This document shows, one piece after another, positions 51,305 through 63,796 of a DNA stretch of 64,000 nucleotides. The translations under genes and the position numbers were made by a program. The notes under the pieces were generated by a model. That model was not told where the DNA came from. It saw only the letters and a program-made list of their open reading frames with translations, and ran no database searches. Each line of letters opens with the position of its first letter. Positions within the stretch are counted from its first letter, which is position 1. Source of the stretch: Squalus acanthias (Eukaryota); the NCBI GenBank assembly GCA_030390025.1, contig CM059433.1, positions 19,284,001 through 19,348,000 on the forward strand, written 5' to 3'.

Positions 51305-51739
51305 TTCCCCTCACCATCTCTATCCATGTGTAGTTAAAAAAAAAATCAGGAAGTTTTGTACAAAAGGGGTGAAATTGGCTCCAGACAAGCTGGGGAAACA
51401 GGATTACTGATTCACACCTCATGGTTGAAACAAAAGAAAGACTGATCGTTGTGGAAAGCTGTATAACTGAGCCACATCAAAGACAATGGATGCTAATCAA
51501 TTCCAACGCTCTCATTTTCTCAGACAGCAGGTATTGGTAATGGAGGATGGCTGCACCAGAGCCACTGGGAGTGAAGTAGATGTGAGCTGGAGTTTGGGGT
51601 GGGATCCCCCATCGATACAAGGCCAGCGTGGTGGTCCATACCCCTGGGGTCTAACTATCTTTCTCCGCCACATTCCCAGGCCACGGGACCCTTCTCCTCT
51701 TTGCCAGATTTTCCATGCTTCCCTCCCCCCTATGCTATT

Positions 51740-51890
51740 CTGTTGTAACCATTTACACTTCTTCTGGACCCATCGTTTGCTTCCTAACTTGTCCCATTAC
51801 CAACCCTTTTGCTTTGCATCAGCATCTCTTTTGTTTTTTAATTACTCCTCCCCTGCACCCCATCACAGGCCTTCCCCTTTGTTCTTTCAT
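51740..51890 (+). mobile_element. Penelope-like 3' UTR fragment
   Basis: taacttgtcccattacc..ccttttgctttgca matches the reverse complement of ~28630-28735. Confidence 0.65.
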
Positions 51891-52054
51891 CAAGGCGACT
51901 ATAACAATGACCATGTGGAGGAAGCCATTTCTCTGCCCTGCTGCCTCTTCCGGATCACTTCCTTCAATGCTGCCCTGATCCCGAGAAGAGAACATATGCG
52001 ACGAAACTAACCGTTTCGTAAATGAGCAGAGACTTGTCAGAAGGTTGTCCTTAC

Positions 52055-52065
52055 CTTTTTTGTTG
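52055..52065 (-). CDS. MCPH1: Candidate MCPH1 microexon (11 nt, or 25 nt to 52079)
   Basis: Minus strand reads gtgttttaacag|CAACAAAAAAG|gtaagg. This gives TKK directly before PSRTLV (human ...GKK|PTRTLV). Upstream stops in all frames limit its size. Unverified. Confidence 0.3.
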
Positions 52066-52242
52066 CTGTTAAAACACTTCTAAATCATGTATGAGCTGTA
52101 GATATTGTTTAACTCTAGGTTTGTATTTGTCTGGCATATAATAAATGATCCATTTCTTTTAAAGTCATGGTTTATGTCTGGAGTTTCTTATTAGGACAAA
52201 GAACCCATTTTTGTCTCTACATGCCATTACATTGCAAATAAT

Positions 52243-52986
52243 GGGCCAAAAATTCACCCCGCGACGCGAGAGTACGCACTGCGTACTCTCGCGTATTCCC
52301 ACTCCAATTGCCGGTTTTCTGCATGCCCTGCGCATGCGCTGAAAACCGGCACTTGGTCTTTTCAAAAGGAGGCGGTTCCTCGGTGCATCGCGTGCGCGCT
52401 ACAGGCTGCGCGCACGCTGTGCACTTCATGCTTTGGACGCGCAGGTAAGTACGGAAGATTTTAGAAATGGAAAAAGGAGGAGTAAGACCCACTTTTAACA
52501 AGGTAAGTAGTGAATTAAGTATTTTTTTGAATTTTTTTTTAAACAGGTATATCTTTTTTAGAGACTTTAAAGACAGGTAAGTTTATTTTTATAACTTTTT
52601 AAAAGATTTTAAATTTTTTCAAAAATTTAATTTATTTAAAATGGTTAATTTATTTAACTATACTTATTTTATTAATGTGATGGTTTTTAAAAAAAATTTA
52701 ATTGAGGTTTAGCTGTTATTTTGGGGGGGGTGTAAGATTCATAGATTTCACAGCATGTATGTGAAACTTATGAATGGAAGATGGTGTGCTGCCATTGGCT
52801 CTAACTGAGTCACGTGATCCCACAGCTCGCACGAATTCACTACGCCAGTGGGATACGCAAGCACTGCCCAGCTGATGTCTGGAACATCAAGTTCGTGCGA
52901 GCTGGATCTGAAAAAGCACAAGCGGAGTGAGAGATCGCGGGGAAGCCTTACCCCCGCGGGAACAGAGCGAGATCAATTTCTGGGCC
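52243..52986. mobile_element. PIF/Harbinger-like MITE (GGGCC termini)
   Basis: Termini GGGCCAAAAATT / AATTTCTGGGCC with flanks aat/att, CpG-rich ends and an AT-rich centre. Confidence 0.7.
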
Positions 52987-55400
52987 ATTACCACATACCT
53001 TAATTTTCTTAACCAGTCTATTATATAACACGAAACACCTGCTGAAAATCCATATACCGTCCCCACCGTTCACGTTTAAATCGGGCAGTCGCGTATATCA
53101 GCAAAAAGCAACAGCCATTATCTATTTGCATTAACATCAATTTCAAAGTTGCTGGTTATAGTATCTTAAGTGCTCCGTTTATTTCGGGCAGAAACAGCTG
53201 TGGCAACATCCAGTTCGAGACTTTAAACATCCTTCAGGCAATAACGTCGTTAAAAGTGGTGCTCTCCTGCCATAAAGTCTGTCAAGCTGTCAATCGTAGC
53301 ATGTCAACCCCATCATATGAAAAAACACCATGGTAATCACTTTGCAGCCTTGGGCAAAACAGATTCATGACTGATTTAAATTCTACCCGTGAAATTAGGT
53401 TACTCAACTATTCAGCTTTGCAACACAACAAAAGAGACAGGTTTTAGGTGCTTAAATCTGCTGGTTTTGCAAAGGTTTCAATTTCCCATTGCCTGGTTAT
53501 ATACCGGGATAGACACATATCGCACAGACTGGGCATAATTTCCCAAGAACTCAGGCCGCTGACTGGTCATTACATGGAACGAGCCTCGAAATATGGGGAT
53601 TTGGAACATATTGAGATTCATCTTCAGTGACAGCGAAATCTGTTTGTTCATTTCCTGAAATTTTTTCAGTGTTTTCCTGTAATATCCGAGAGAATATTTA
53701 TGTCAGATCAGAGGTTTGATTCAGTCTGTTTCTGACTCTCGGTCTGTGTTCTCGATTATATTCCGTGAACATAAATCACCCAACCAGTGAAGAACCATCA
53801 CTTTTAGCATCATTTTCCCAGGACCCAAGTTGTAACGTAAAAGGTCTGGAACACTTGTAGAAGGGATTAAACATTTGTGACTCTTAATTCGATGCTGTGC
53901 AATCTTGCCATCGTGTATAGCGGGCAAATTGTATACATACAAACGTGCCCAGTATAAGCGGTGGGGACTGTATACAACATACGCGGCATTCTCTTCATCT
54001 ATACGCTTGTTTTTTTCCTCAAAAAATTTGATTTGTCAAGCATGACCTGTCCTTTACAAATCTATATTTATCTTCAGTAATGGCTCTTCCACTTCTTCCT
54101 CAGGTACTCCTACTTTCACTTCCCTCTGTAAAAAAAACCTAATGTCAAGTTCTGAGTCCATTCCAGCTCACGTGAAAGAGCTCATCTATGAACATTTTAA
54201 ATAAATTAAGACAATAATGCTCTGCCTGAAAACAAACTTATTAATTTCATAAGTCAATTTTAGGTTTTCTTTAAATGCGATATGCAAATGCAAACTTTTC
54301 ACTTTATAAAAGAAAGTAAGCACTGAATATTAAGTTGCAGTTTAGTGTACGCTTAACAGTACTGGAAATTGGAAGTACAATTTTTGGACCATTAGGTATT
54401 AAGGCAATTCAGACAGTTAAGTGGCCATAAGTGCATACACTTAAAGCCCAGCTGGGAACATGTATATTTTGAGATGCAGCATACATTAGCTGAAGTTATT
54501 CAATGCCCTGCCTCAATGGGCTGAAATAAGGTCCTTGAGATATGCACAGAAGGAGGTAGAGCTATCCAATTAGTCCCACTCCCTTGTTCTTTCCCCATAG
54601 CCCTGCAAATGTCTCCCCTGCTGATGAATGCATATACTGGTGGCAGTAGAGGGCAGAAAATAACCATGTTTTTCAGATGCTACGCTGTTTATTCTGATCA
54701 AACAATTCCTCAGAGATTACTTTGGAACAAAAGTTGTTCTGCCGCCTACAAAAAGGAGCAAGAGACTTGATCCATAAAACCAGGAGGATATTGAATCTTC
54801 TGGTGAAATGGAACATTGTCACCCAGAGACATGATTCTACATGTAGTGGTGCGACTGAGGCATGGAAAGATCTTTCAGCCGCCACTGGCTCCTTTAATGG
54901 ATCTTGTTTGGGGTATTTCAGCTTGCTGCAGGACAGCCGTTAATTACTTTGTCAAATCACTGAAAATGTTCATACCATTGTGCCATCCAGTAATATCTAG
55001 ATAAACACCAACATGGTCAGCTTGCATACTGGTGAAGCAGATGAGCCCTCTAGTCAAACTACTTATCAACTTAGTGGAAAACCAGCGAACCTCTGCCATA
55101 CTGATTGTGGATATCAGAATACCATCAGCTCTTTTTTAGCTAAATAGCCACCTTGTACCACATTATGGAGTACCTTTTAGTTGATGGGTCCTCCTAAATG
55201 TCAGCAGCTAGTATTTTGCAGATCTGTAAAGAGATCCTATTTTTAAAACTATCATACAGCGTTACAACAGCATTCATGTTGTTGAATGATTCTGATTGCA
55301 ACGTCTATTCTGCCAAGCACTTCCGGAATGCAAATATAGAGAACATCCTCTGTTTATTATTTTTCATTTATTTTCTGTTTACAAATACCATACAAGATTG

Positions 55401-57832
55401 GGGGGGGATGACTTAGGGGAAGGCAGCAGCAGCCAACTTCCTGGCACCATGGGCAGGCTCTGCTGCACAGGCTGGGAGGAAAAAGAGTGGAAGAGCTATA
55501 GTGATAGGGGACTCAATTGTAAGGGGAATAGATAGGCGTTTCTGCGGCCGCAACCGAGACTCCAGGATGGTGTGTTGCCTCCCTGGTGCAAGGGTCAAGG
55601 ACGTCTCGGAGCGGCTACAGAACATTTTGGAGGGGGAGGGTGAACAGCCAGCTGTCGTGGTGCACATAGGCACCAACGATATAGGTAAAAAAGGGGATGA
55701 GGTCCTAAAAGCAGAATATAGGGAGTTAGGAGGTAAATTAAAAAATAGGACCTCAAAAGGTAGTAATCTCAGGATTGCTACCAGTGCCATGTGCTAGTCA
55801 GAGTAGAAATAGAAGGATATTTCAAATGAATACGTGGCTAGGAGGTGCAAGGGGGAGGGATTCAAATTCCTGGGACATTGGAACCGGTTCTGGGGGAGGT
55901 GGGACCAGTACAAACCGGACGGTCTGCACCTGGGCAGGGCAGGGCCGGGACTGCTGTCCTAGGGGGAGTGTTTGCTAGTGCTGTTGGGGAGGATTTAAAC
56001 TAATGTAGCAGGTGGTTGGGAACCTGAGCAGGGAGACAGAGGAAAGCATGTCAGGAAGGGACAGAAGGTATGGAGTAAAAGGTAAAGTGTTAAATAAGGA
56101 AAAAGCAGGAAGTAAGTGTCGCAAAACACATTTGAAAGTTCTTTATCTGAATGCACGTAGCATTCGTAACAAAATTGACGAGTTAATGGCACAAATAACT
56201 ATGTATGGGTATGATCTTGTGGCCATTACAGAAACATGGCTGCAGGGTGACAACGTCTAGGAATTAAATATGCCAGGGTATGTAACAATCAGGAAGGACA
56301 GGCAGGAAGGAAGGGGAGGGGGGCTGGCTATGTTAATAAAGGAAGGAATCACTGTAATACAGAGAAATGATATTGGGTCAAAAGATCAGGATAATGAAAC
56401 AGTTTGGGTAGAGATAAGGAATAATAAGGGGAAAAAAACACTGGTGGGCGTAGTATATAGGCCTCCTAATAGTTGCAACACTGTTGGAAGAAGTATTAAT
56501 CAGGAAATAGTTGGGGCATGTAATAAGGGAACAGCTATAATTATGGGGGATTTTAACAATCATATTAACTGGACAAATCAAATTGGGCAGGGCAGCCTTG
56601 AGGAAGAGTTTACTGAGTGTCTTAGGGATGGATTTCTTGAGCAGTATGTAACTGAACCTACAAGGGGGCAAGCAACCTTGGACCTGGTACTGTGTAATGA
56701 GTCAGGATTAATTAATGTCCTAGTTAAGGATCCCCTTGGAATGAGTGACCATAACATGGTTGAATTCCATATCCAATTAGAGGGTGAGAAGGTTGGTTCT
56801 CAAACAAGCATACTGAGCTTGAATAAAGGAGACTATGATGGTATGAGAGCAGAATTGATTAAAGTGGACTGGGAAAATAGATTAAAGGGTAAGACGGTAC
56901 ATGAGCAGTGGTGTTCATTCAAGGAGTTATTTTACAACTTTCAAAATAAATATATTCCACTGAGGAAAAAAGGGTGTAAAAGAAATGACAGCCATCCATG
57001 GCTAAGTAAAGAAATTAAAGAAAGTATCCAACTAAAAACAAGGACATATAAGGTAGCCAAAGTTAGTGGGAGGATAGAAGATTGGGAAGTCTTCAAAAGA
57101 CAACAAAAAGTAACTAAAGGATTGATTAAGAAAGGGAAAATAGACTATGAAAATAAATTAGCAAAAAATATAAAAACAGACAGCAAGAGTTTCTATAGTT
57201 ATATAAAAAGAAAAAGGGTGGTTAAGGCAAACGTAGGTCCCTTAGAGGATGAGACCGGGAAATTAATGGTGGGAAACATGGAGATGGCAAAAATGCTGAA
57301 CAAATATTTTGTTTCAGTCTTTATGGTAGAGGACACTAAGAATATCCCAACACTGGACAAACAGGGGGCTCTAGTGGGGGAGGAGCTAAATACGATTAAA
57401 ATCACAAAGGAATTGGTACTCAGTAAAATAATGGGACTCAAGGCTAATCATAGAATAAGGGGCTGCTCTTTCAAAACTGAGATGAGGAGAAACTTTTTCA
57501 CTCAGAGGGTAGTGGGTCTGTGGAATTTGCTACCCCAGGAAGCTGTGGAAGCTACTTCATTAAATAAATTTAAAACAGAAATAGACCGTTTCCTAGAAGT
57601 AAAGGGAATCAGGGGTTACGGGGAGCGGGCTGGAAATTGGACATGAGTTTGAGTTCGGATCGGTCAAGGCCCTGTGGGTGGCGGAGCGGGCCCAGGGGCC
57701 TGGTCCTGCACCTGCTTCTTGTGTTCTTTAGAGTTGAGGTTGGATCAGATCAGCCATGATCTCATTGAATGGCGGAGCAGGCTCGAGGGGCCGATTGGTC
57801 TACTCCTGCTCCTATTTCTTATGTTCTTATGT
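55401..57832 (+). mobile_element. CR1 with ORF1 SGNH esterase and ORF2 endonuclease, RT deleted
   Basis: VIGDSIVRG..HIGTNDI (ORF1), then YLNARSI..ITETW, VYRPP, MGDFN and SDH (APE endonuclease). ORF2 jumps at ~57445 to the C-terminal RRNFFTQRVV. Candidate TSD aagattg. Confidence 0.9.
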
Positions 57833-58061
57833 AAGATTGTTGGAAATATATTAATTTTTTTGGTTTGAAAATATAACTGGAAATTCATATTACCTAGAGT
57901 ATTGCATGTTTCTAAAATGAGAATACTTTATCCTCACTTGTCTTCAGAATCTTCTTTCTCACCTTCAAGACAATTTTTCAATCTCATTTCAGATTTAAAT
58001 TGGTGTTCTTAATTATATCAACTTTCAGCCTATTGCAGCTCTTGGAATATTTGGTCATGTT

Positions 58062-58350
58062 TAAATTTAAAACAGAAATAGACAGTTTCCTAGAAGTAAA
58101 GGGAATTAAAGGTTACGGGGAGCGGGCAGGAATTTGGACATGAGTCTAGGTTCGGATCGGTCATGGCCCTGTGGGTAGCGTAGCGGGCCCAGGGGCCGTG
58201 TAGCCTGATCCTGCTCCTATTTCGTGTGTCCAATTCTGTTAGGTTCAGGAGATGGTTCTGTGATAGTAGATTGGCGGTTAGGATCAGATCAGCCATGATC
58301 TTATTGAATGGCGGAGCAGGCTCGAGGGGCCAATTGGCCTACTCCTGCTC
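58062..58350 (+). mobile_element. Short CR1 3' end, same subfamily as the preceding element
   Basis: aaatttaaaacagaaatagac..tttcctagaagtaaaggga is near-identical to ~57566-57640 and carries the same doubled tail. Confidence 0.85.
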
Positions 58351-58489
58351 CTATTTCTTATGTTCTTATGTGGTTTTCTGTTGTCCTGTGGATCCTGCTA
58401 TCCATAAAGGGGAAGGAAGTGGTGGTGGAGGGGCGGAGTAGCTTTATACAAAATGTTTTCCTTTTCAATAAAATATTAACTTAGATAAC

Positions 58490-58942
58490 ATACCAGGGAT
58501 GAGAGACTTGAATTATGAGGAATAACTAAAGAAACTAGGGCTCTTTCCATTTGAGCAGAGAAAGTCAAGAGCATATCAGATAGGTGTTCAAAATCATGAA
58601 GGGTTTTGTTAAGATAAATTTCGAAAAACTACTTCCACTGATCAGTGAGTTGATAACTAGAGCGCATAAGTTCAACATCATCATTAAAAGAAAGACGGGA
58701 GAAGTGATGAGAATTTTATTTTGAACACAAAGGGTTGTTAGGACATGGAATGCCCTACCAGAAACAGTGGTGGGGGAAGACGCCTTAACAGCTTTTAAAA
58801 CAGAAAATGTATAAGCACCTGAAATTTGTTTTTAAAAAGGGTATTGAGAAATGTCTGAGGAAGAGAACTAAGTTGTCGCTCTTTTCAGAGAGCTGGCAGA
58901 GGTGTGATGGACTGAATGACCTCCTGTGTTATAAAATTCTAT
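58490..58942 (+). mobile_element. CR1 3' fragment; its tail resumes at 59734 after the MITE
   Basis: gggttgttaggacatggaatgccctacc (RVVRTWNALP) and the tail attctat...tgtgattctatg. Confidence 0.7.
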
Positions 58943-59733
58943 GGCCCGGAATTTGCAGTCAGCAGCGAAGCAAAGGCGTTCGCCGCTGGCCCCGAAAAAA
59001 GCTGCAGACAGAGATCTCACGATCTCTGTGCAAGAAGATTGCCTTTTTCGACGTGTAATTGATTGATTTCAGTGCAGTGTCGTGGGAATTCCCTGGTGCG
59101 ATCTGCTGTGACGTCAACAAGCTGTCTGAGCAACCAATCACATTGCAGAATTCTCACAGATAGGGAACCAGGAAATCAGTAGCTGCTTTTATCCTGACTT
59201 TAAAAATGTTAGAGCAAAACTACGATTGGTGCTCACATGGAGTTGAGGTAGAATCTGAAATAGCATGAACAAAAACTTTTTTTTTTATAAAGTTTCTTAA
59301 AAATTGCAATTTTTATCATAATGGAGAAATTTGACACTCGACAAAATTAAAATTAATTTTCAAGGCCATAATGTTTGTTCAGCAGTCAATACGCTGTTAA
59401 ATCCCCAGTTACAGCTAATTCAACAAGGCCGAACATTTAATGGGGTATTCAACAGTGATATTACCGCGGAAAAGCCCAAGTTTTCGTCAGTTTTACTGAT
59501 TACCGGCTATGTTGGGGGGGGGGGGGGCACAGCACAACCAATGTCGGAGCAGTGAATGAGTATGTGTCAAATATGTCAAACAGCGTGGTTCAGCCTCAGA
59601 CAGATGTTAGGGAGAGGGATGGAGTCAGTGGCTAGGGAATGGAGTTTGTGGCAGGGACCGAAAACAGTATCAAAGGGGTAATAATGGCGAACGCTGTTAG
59701 TTCTCCGTTATTACTCACTGCAAATTCCGGCCC
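58943..59733. mobile_element. PIF/Harbinger-like MITE with a nested L2 scrap (~59578-59668)
   Basis: TIRs GGCCCGGAATTTGCAGT / ACTGCAAATTCCGGCCC (16/17), with flanks tat/tgt. Confidence 0.8.
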
Positions 59734-60775
59734 TGTGATTCTATGCATTTCCCCCTCAGAATTTTGAACATTTTATTAAAAAAAACTCAGTTTTGTCAGG
59801 AGCATGCCGATTCTAGTTGGGTCTCACAATCTGCTGAGCTGCTTTTTTGTATTGTCCATAGAAAACCCTGTGTATTTGAGAACAGCTTCATGAGAAACAG
59901 GGACTGCATACTTGAACCAGACTGGACGATTCTCTGGAACTGTCTTGAGTCAAGGAAACAATCTGCATCCTTGATAATTTCACTAAAGTTGCCTCAGGCC
60001 ATTAACAAATTTGACCATTTTACCTAAAACAAAGCCATTTCTGGTGTGTAGGTTATTTGCTCCCCCTTTAATATAGTTGCATAGGTGGTGGCATGTTTTA
60101 AGCCAGTTACAGTCTTTTCAGAACACTACATTAAGAGGATTCATAAGTATTAAAAGTTATTTTTGTTGAAAGATACATCAGTCTACTACACACATTTTCT
60201 ATTGTAAATGGTCAGAATTTTTGAAAAAGTTAAAAAAAATCCTGCTAGTTTCTAAGTAATTCTCTGTCGTTCTTTCAGGTGCTGATTAAGTTGCTGTACA
60301 TTTCCAGAATTTTCTGTTTTTATTAAAAAGAGAGTTCTATACAAAGCAATCTTTAGGTGCTGTTTCTAGGATTAAGTCACTGACTATCAGATAAAGATAT
60401 TAGTTTATATCAAACTTTACTGATTTGATGGATTAACAAAGCATTGACTTATACATCTGGCCTAGCATAAAACTTATAGCCACAGATAATTCTTGATTCA
60501 ACCATCAAGCATTTAACACAACTCAACTATTTCTCGATAGAAATGGTTCATAAATGTTACTGGCTAGAACAGGTGATCTGTCAAGAGGAATTACACTGAT
60601 TAACTTTAGAAAATGTAAAAAAACCAAGTCCGTCAGGAGAAACAGAAGTTTCGTCTGCACACAAGTACCTTCCTGGCTGATTTAATATATTTTTAATACA
60701 AATTTACAGATAAAATGCAATTCTACAAATGCAATGCCTTTGTAACTTTCAAACATGAAGGTACTTCATACTGAC

Positions 60776-61210
60776 GGTGTCAGCTGTGGCTCAGTGGGCA
60801 GCACTCTCGCCTGAGTCAGAAGGTTGTGGACTCAAGTCCCACTCCAGAGACTTGAGCATAAAATCGAGTCTGACACTTCAGTGCAGTACTGAGGGAGCGC
60901 TGTACAGTTGGAGGTGCCATCTTTCAGACTAGACGTTAAACCAAGGTGGACGTAAAATATCCCATGGCACTATTTCAAAGAGAAGCAGGGAAGTTCTCCC
61001 CGGTGTCCTGGCCAATACTTATCCCCCAACCAACATTACTAAAACAGATTATCTGGTGATTATCATATTGCAGTTGGAGGGGCCTTGTCCGCAAATTGGC
61101 TTTTCCTACATTACAATAGTGTCGACATTGCAAAAAGCACTTCATTGGCTGTAAAGCGCTTTGGAATGACCTGAGGTCGTGAAAAGTGCGATTATAAATG
61201 CAAGTCTTAC
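60776..61210 (+). mobile_element. Near full-length SacSINE1/DeuSINE-type SINE
   Basis: tRNA-like head tggctcagtgg...ggactcaagtccc, Deu-like core and L2-like tail tataaatgcaagtc. Confidence 0.82.
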
Positions 61211-61284
61211 TTATTATTATATTTGCTAGATATATCTTGACCCCTAAATTGAATAGTTTACGTCACTTAGATAAAGATGATTCC

Positions 61285-62214
61285 ATCTGGCGAGTGGGTC
61301 AATAACTAGAGGCTCATGGATTCAAAATCATTGGCAAAAAATCTAAGGAGGAAATGCAGAGAATTTTTTTTTATCACGCAGAGAGCTGTCGGGATCTGGA
61401 ACGCTCTACCTGAAAAGGTGGTGGAAGCTGATTCCATAAATAATTTTGAGAGAGTGGGACGGGTACTTGAGCATGAGGAACTTACAGGGCTACGGACAAA
61501 AAGGGGGGATGTGGGGCTAAGCACGACTGCGCTTTCAAAGAGCCAGCACAGGCATGACAGGCTGAATAGCCTCCTTCTGTCCCATAAGCTTCTATGACTT
61601 AATTCACAATTTTTAAATCTGTAATCCTTGGTTATCTGATCACTGATTGAAGCCCATGGGAATTAAAGGGACAGAGCCTGTATGGATACAAAATTGGCTA
61701 AGGGACAGAAAGCAGAGAGTATTGGTGTACGGTTGTTCATCAGACTGGAGGGATGTATAAAGTGGTGCCCCAGGGGTCAGTATTAGGACCACTGTTCTTG
61801 TTTCATTTTTCACATGGCAGATGAAAGTTAATGCAGAGAAGTGTGAAGTAATGGATTTTGGAAGTAAGAATGAGAGGCAATATAAACTAAACAGTACAAT
61901 TTTAAAGGAGATGCAGGATCAGAGAGACCTGGGGATTCTCATACTTTGAAGGTGGCAGGACAAGTTGATAAGGCTGTCAGAAAAAGCATACAGGATCCTG
62001 GACTTTATACAGAGTACAAAAGCAAGGAAGTTATACTAAACCTTTATAAATCTGTGTCCCAATTCCAGGCACTACACTTTAGGAAGGATGTCAAGGTCTT
62101 GGAGAGGGTGCAGAGGAGATTTACTAGATATGGTAACAGGGATAAGGGCCTTCAGTTATGTAGAGAGACTAGAGAAGCTGGGATTGCTCTCATTAGAGCA
62201 GAGAAGGTTAAGGG
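61285..62214 (+). mobile_element. CR1 fragments; the last continues at 63797-64000 after the hAT insertion
   Basis: TQRAVGIWNALP, FRKDVKVLERVQRRFTR and ERLEKLGLLSLEQRRLR motifs. Confidence 0.8.
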
Positions 62215-63796
62215 CACTGTTCCCTCTAAGGTGCGCAGCTGCGCACATGTCCCAGAGCTCGCATGCACTTCAAATTAAATGGCGCACAGAACACTGGACT
62301 GCCTGACAGCTGGAGCGGGGGAGGGGCCCAATACACAATGACCCGGAATACAGACAGGGTTGTTTGCGAGTCTTGCGACCTCAGAGCCGATCTCAATTGG
62401 AAAGTAGCAAGAGAGTTGGGGCAGCGGCCACATCACGAGGGAGTGGGTGAGGGGTTGGTTGTGTCGCTCTCTGGTAAGTTCCAGGTGCTGCAGGCAGAAG
62501 CTGTAGAGGAGCCGCACTCAGCCGTTTGCCATGGTGATGAGGGCAGCGTCTCCCTCCTCCTTTGGCGTCACGGTTCCAGAGGCCTGTGTTACACAAACTG
62601 TGCGCTCCCCGCGGGGCCAGTTGTTTGAGCGGGCCAGCTCAGTGCAGCCAGCCACCACTATGGGGCTGGGCGAAGCTTTAAAAATCAGTGGGAGAGATTG
62701 ATAGATAACCACGTGCACCTCATCTTATTAAACCTGGTGAGTGAGTCGAGGAGTTTTACCTGCAACAGGTGAGTAAGAAGGGTCTTTGTTGCTGTCAGAT
62801 GGTAGCGACATGTTTTAGGAGAGGGAATGAGAAACGAGTTTGTGCAAATTTTGAGCTGTACGTGAATCCGTTTTCTAAAATAAAATGATCCTACTGCAGA
62901 TGGGTTTGTAAGCTCAGGCTTTCAATCATTAGGTGAAGCAAGGAAGCATTTTAGCAGAAGGAAGAAGAGTGATTAACACAAGTTTAACTTACTTTTATTT
63001 GCTACTTTTTAATAAATCCAATATTACACTGGGGTGGATTTATGGTTTTAGTCTTGTTGCTGATGAAAGTTCATAAAAAGCTCATAACATAAAAAGTGGG
63101 GAAAATTGGAGTTTACTTTTGAAAATCAGAATTCTGGCATCAGGTTTATATTTTTTAGAAATGTTCAGGCACCTCACTTTCTAAAGGCCAACCCAATTAG
63201 CACATTTGTCTGCTGAAGAATTCAAACCGTCTGGGGCAACAAAGGTTGCCTTTGTCAGAAACAAAAATGAGTTTTTTTAAAAAAATTTGTAAAATTGTTT
63301 AAAGCCGGAAAAAAATACGGGAAAGTGATGTTAATTTTACCACAAACAAAAGTTGCAGAATGGGCATGTAAATGACAAATGAATTTCCATATAGATAACT
63401 GTGAGGTGGTGCATTTTGGTAGGAGGAATAAGGAGGCTACCTACTCCTTGGAAAATAAGAGACTAAATGGAGTAGAGGTGCAAAGGGATCTAGGGATATA
63501 GATTCACAAGTCATTAAAAGTAGCAACGCAGGTTAAAAAAGCCATAAAATAAAGCACTGGGCTTCATTTCTAGAGGAATAGAATTCAAAAGCAGAGAAGT
63601 TATGTTAAACTTGTACAGAACCTTGTTTGATTGTCTCATGATTTGAGATGGTGGGGTGGCAATATCACATTACTGTATATATGCTTTTAAGTGGTTGCCG
63701 TCGTTGGTTGTTGTAAAATTTGCCCACGGACGAACAGGTCGCGCTCAAAGGAGTTCGTGGCCCACTCAGTACAAAAAAAAATTAGAGGGAATATTG
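62215..63796 (+). mobile_element. Non-autonomous hAT DNA transposon with a nested CR1 fragment (~63352-63625)
   Basis: TIRs CACTGTTCCCTCTAA / TTAGAGGGAATATTG (13/15). Perfect 8-bp TSD gttaaggg at 62207-62214 and 63797-63804. Confidence 0.88.

Noticed and set aside
51486..52010. 174-aa ATG ORF
   Set aside because: No recognisable domain, and it is partly built from a Penelope 3' UTR fragment.
54620..55300. Possible LTR/DIRS RT remnant on the minus strand (GVYLDI)
   Set aside because: Too degenerate to support by eye.
57930..58035. Minus-strand donors (AAG|gtgag) as an MCPH1 exon
   Set aside because: All three frames contain stops from the nearest acceptor.
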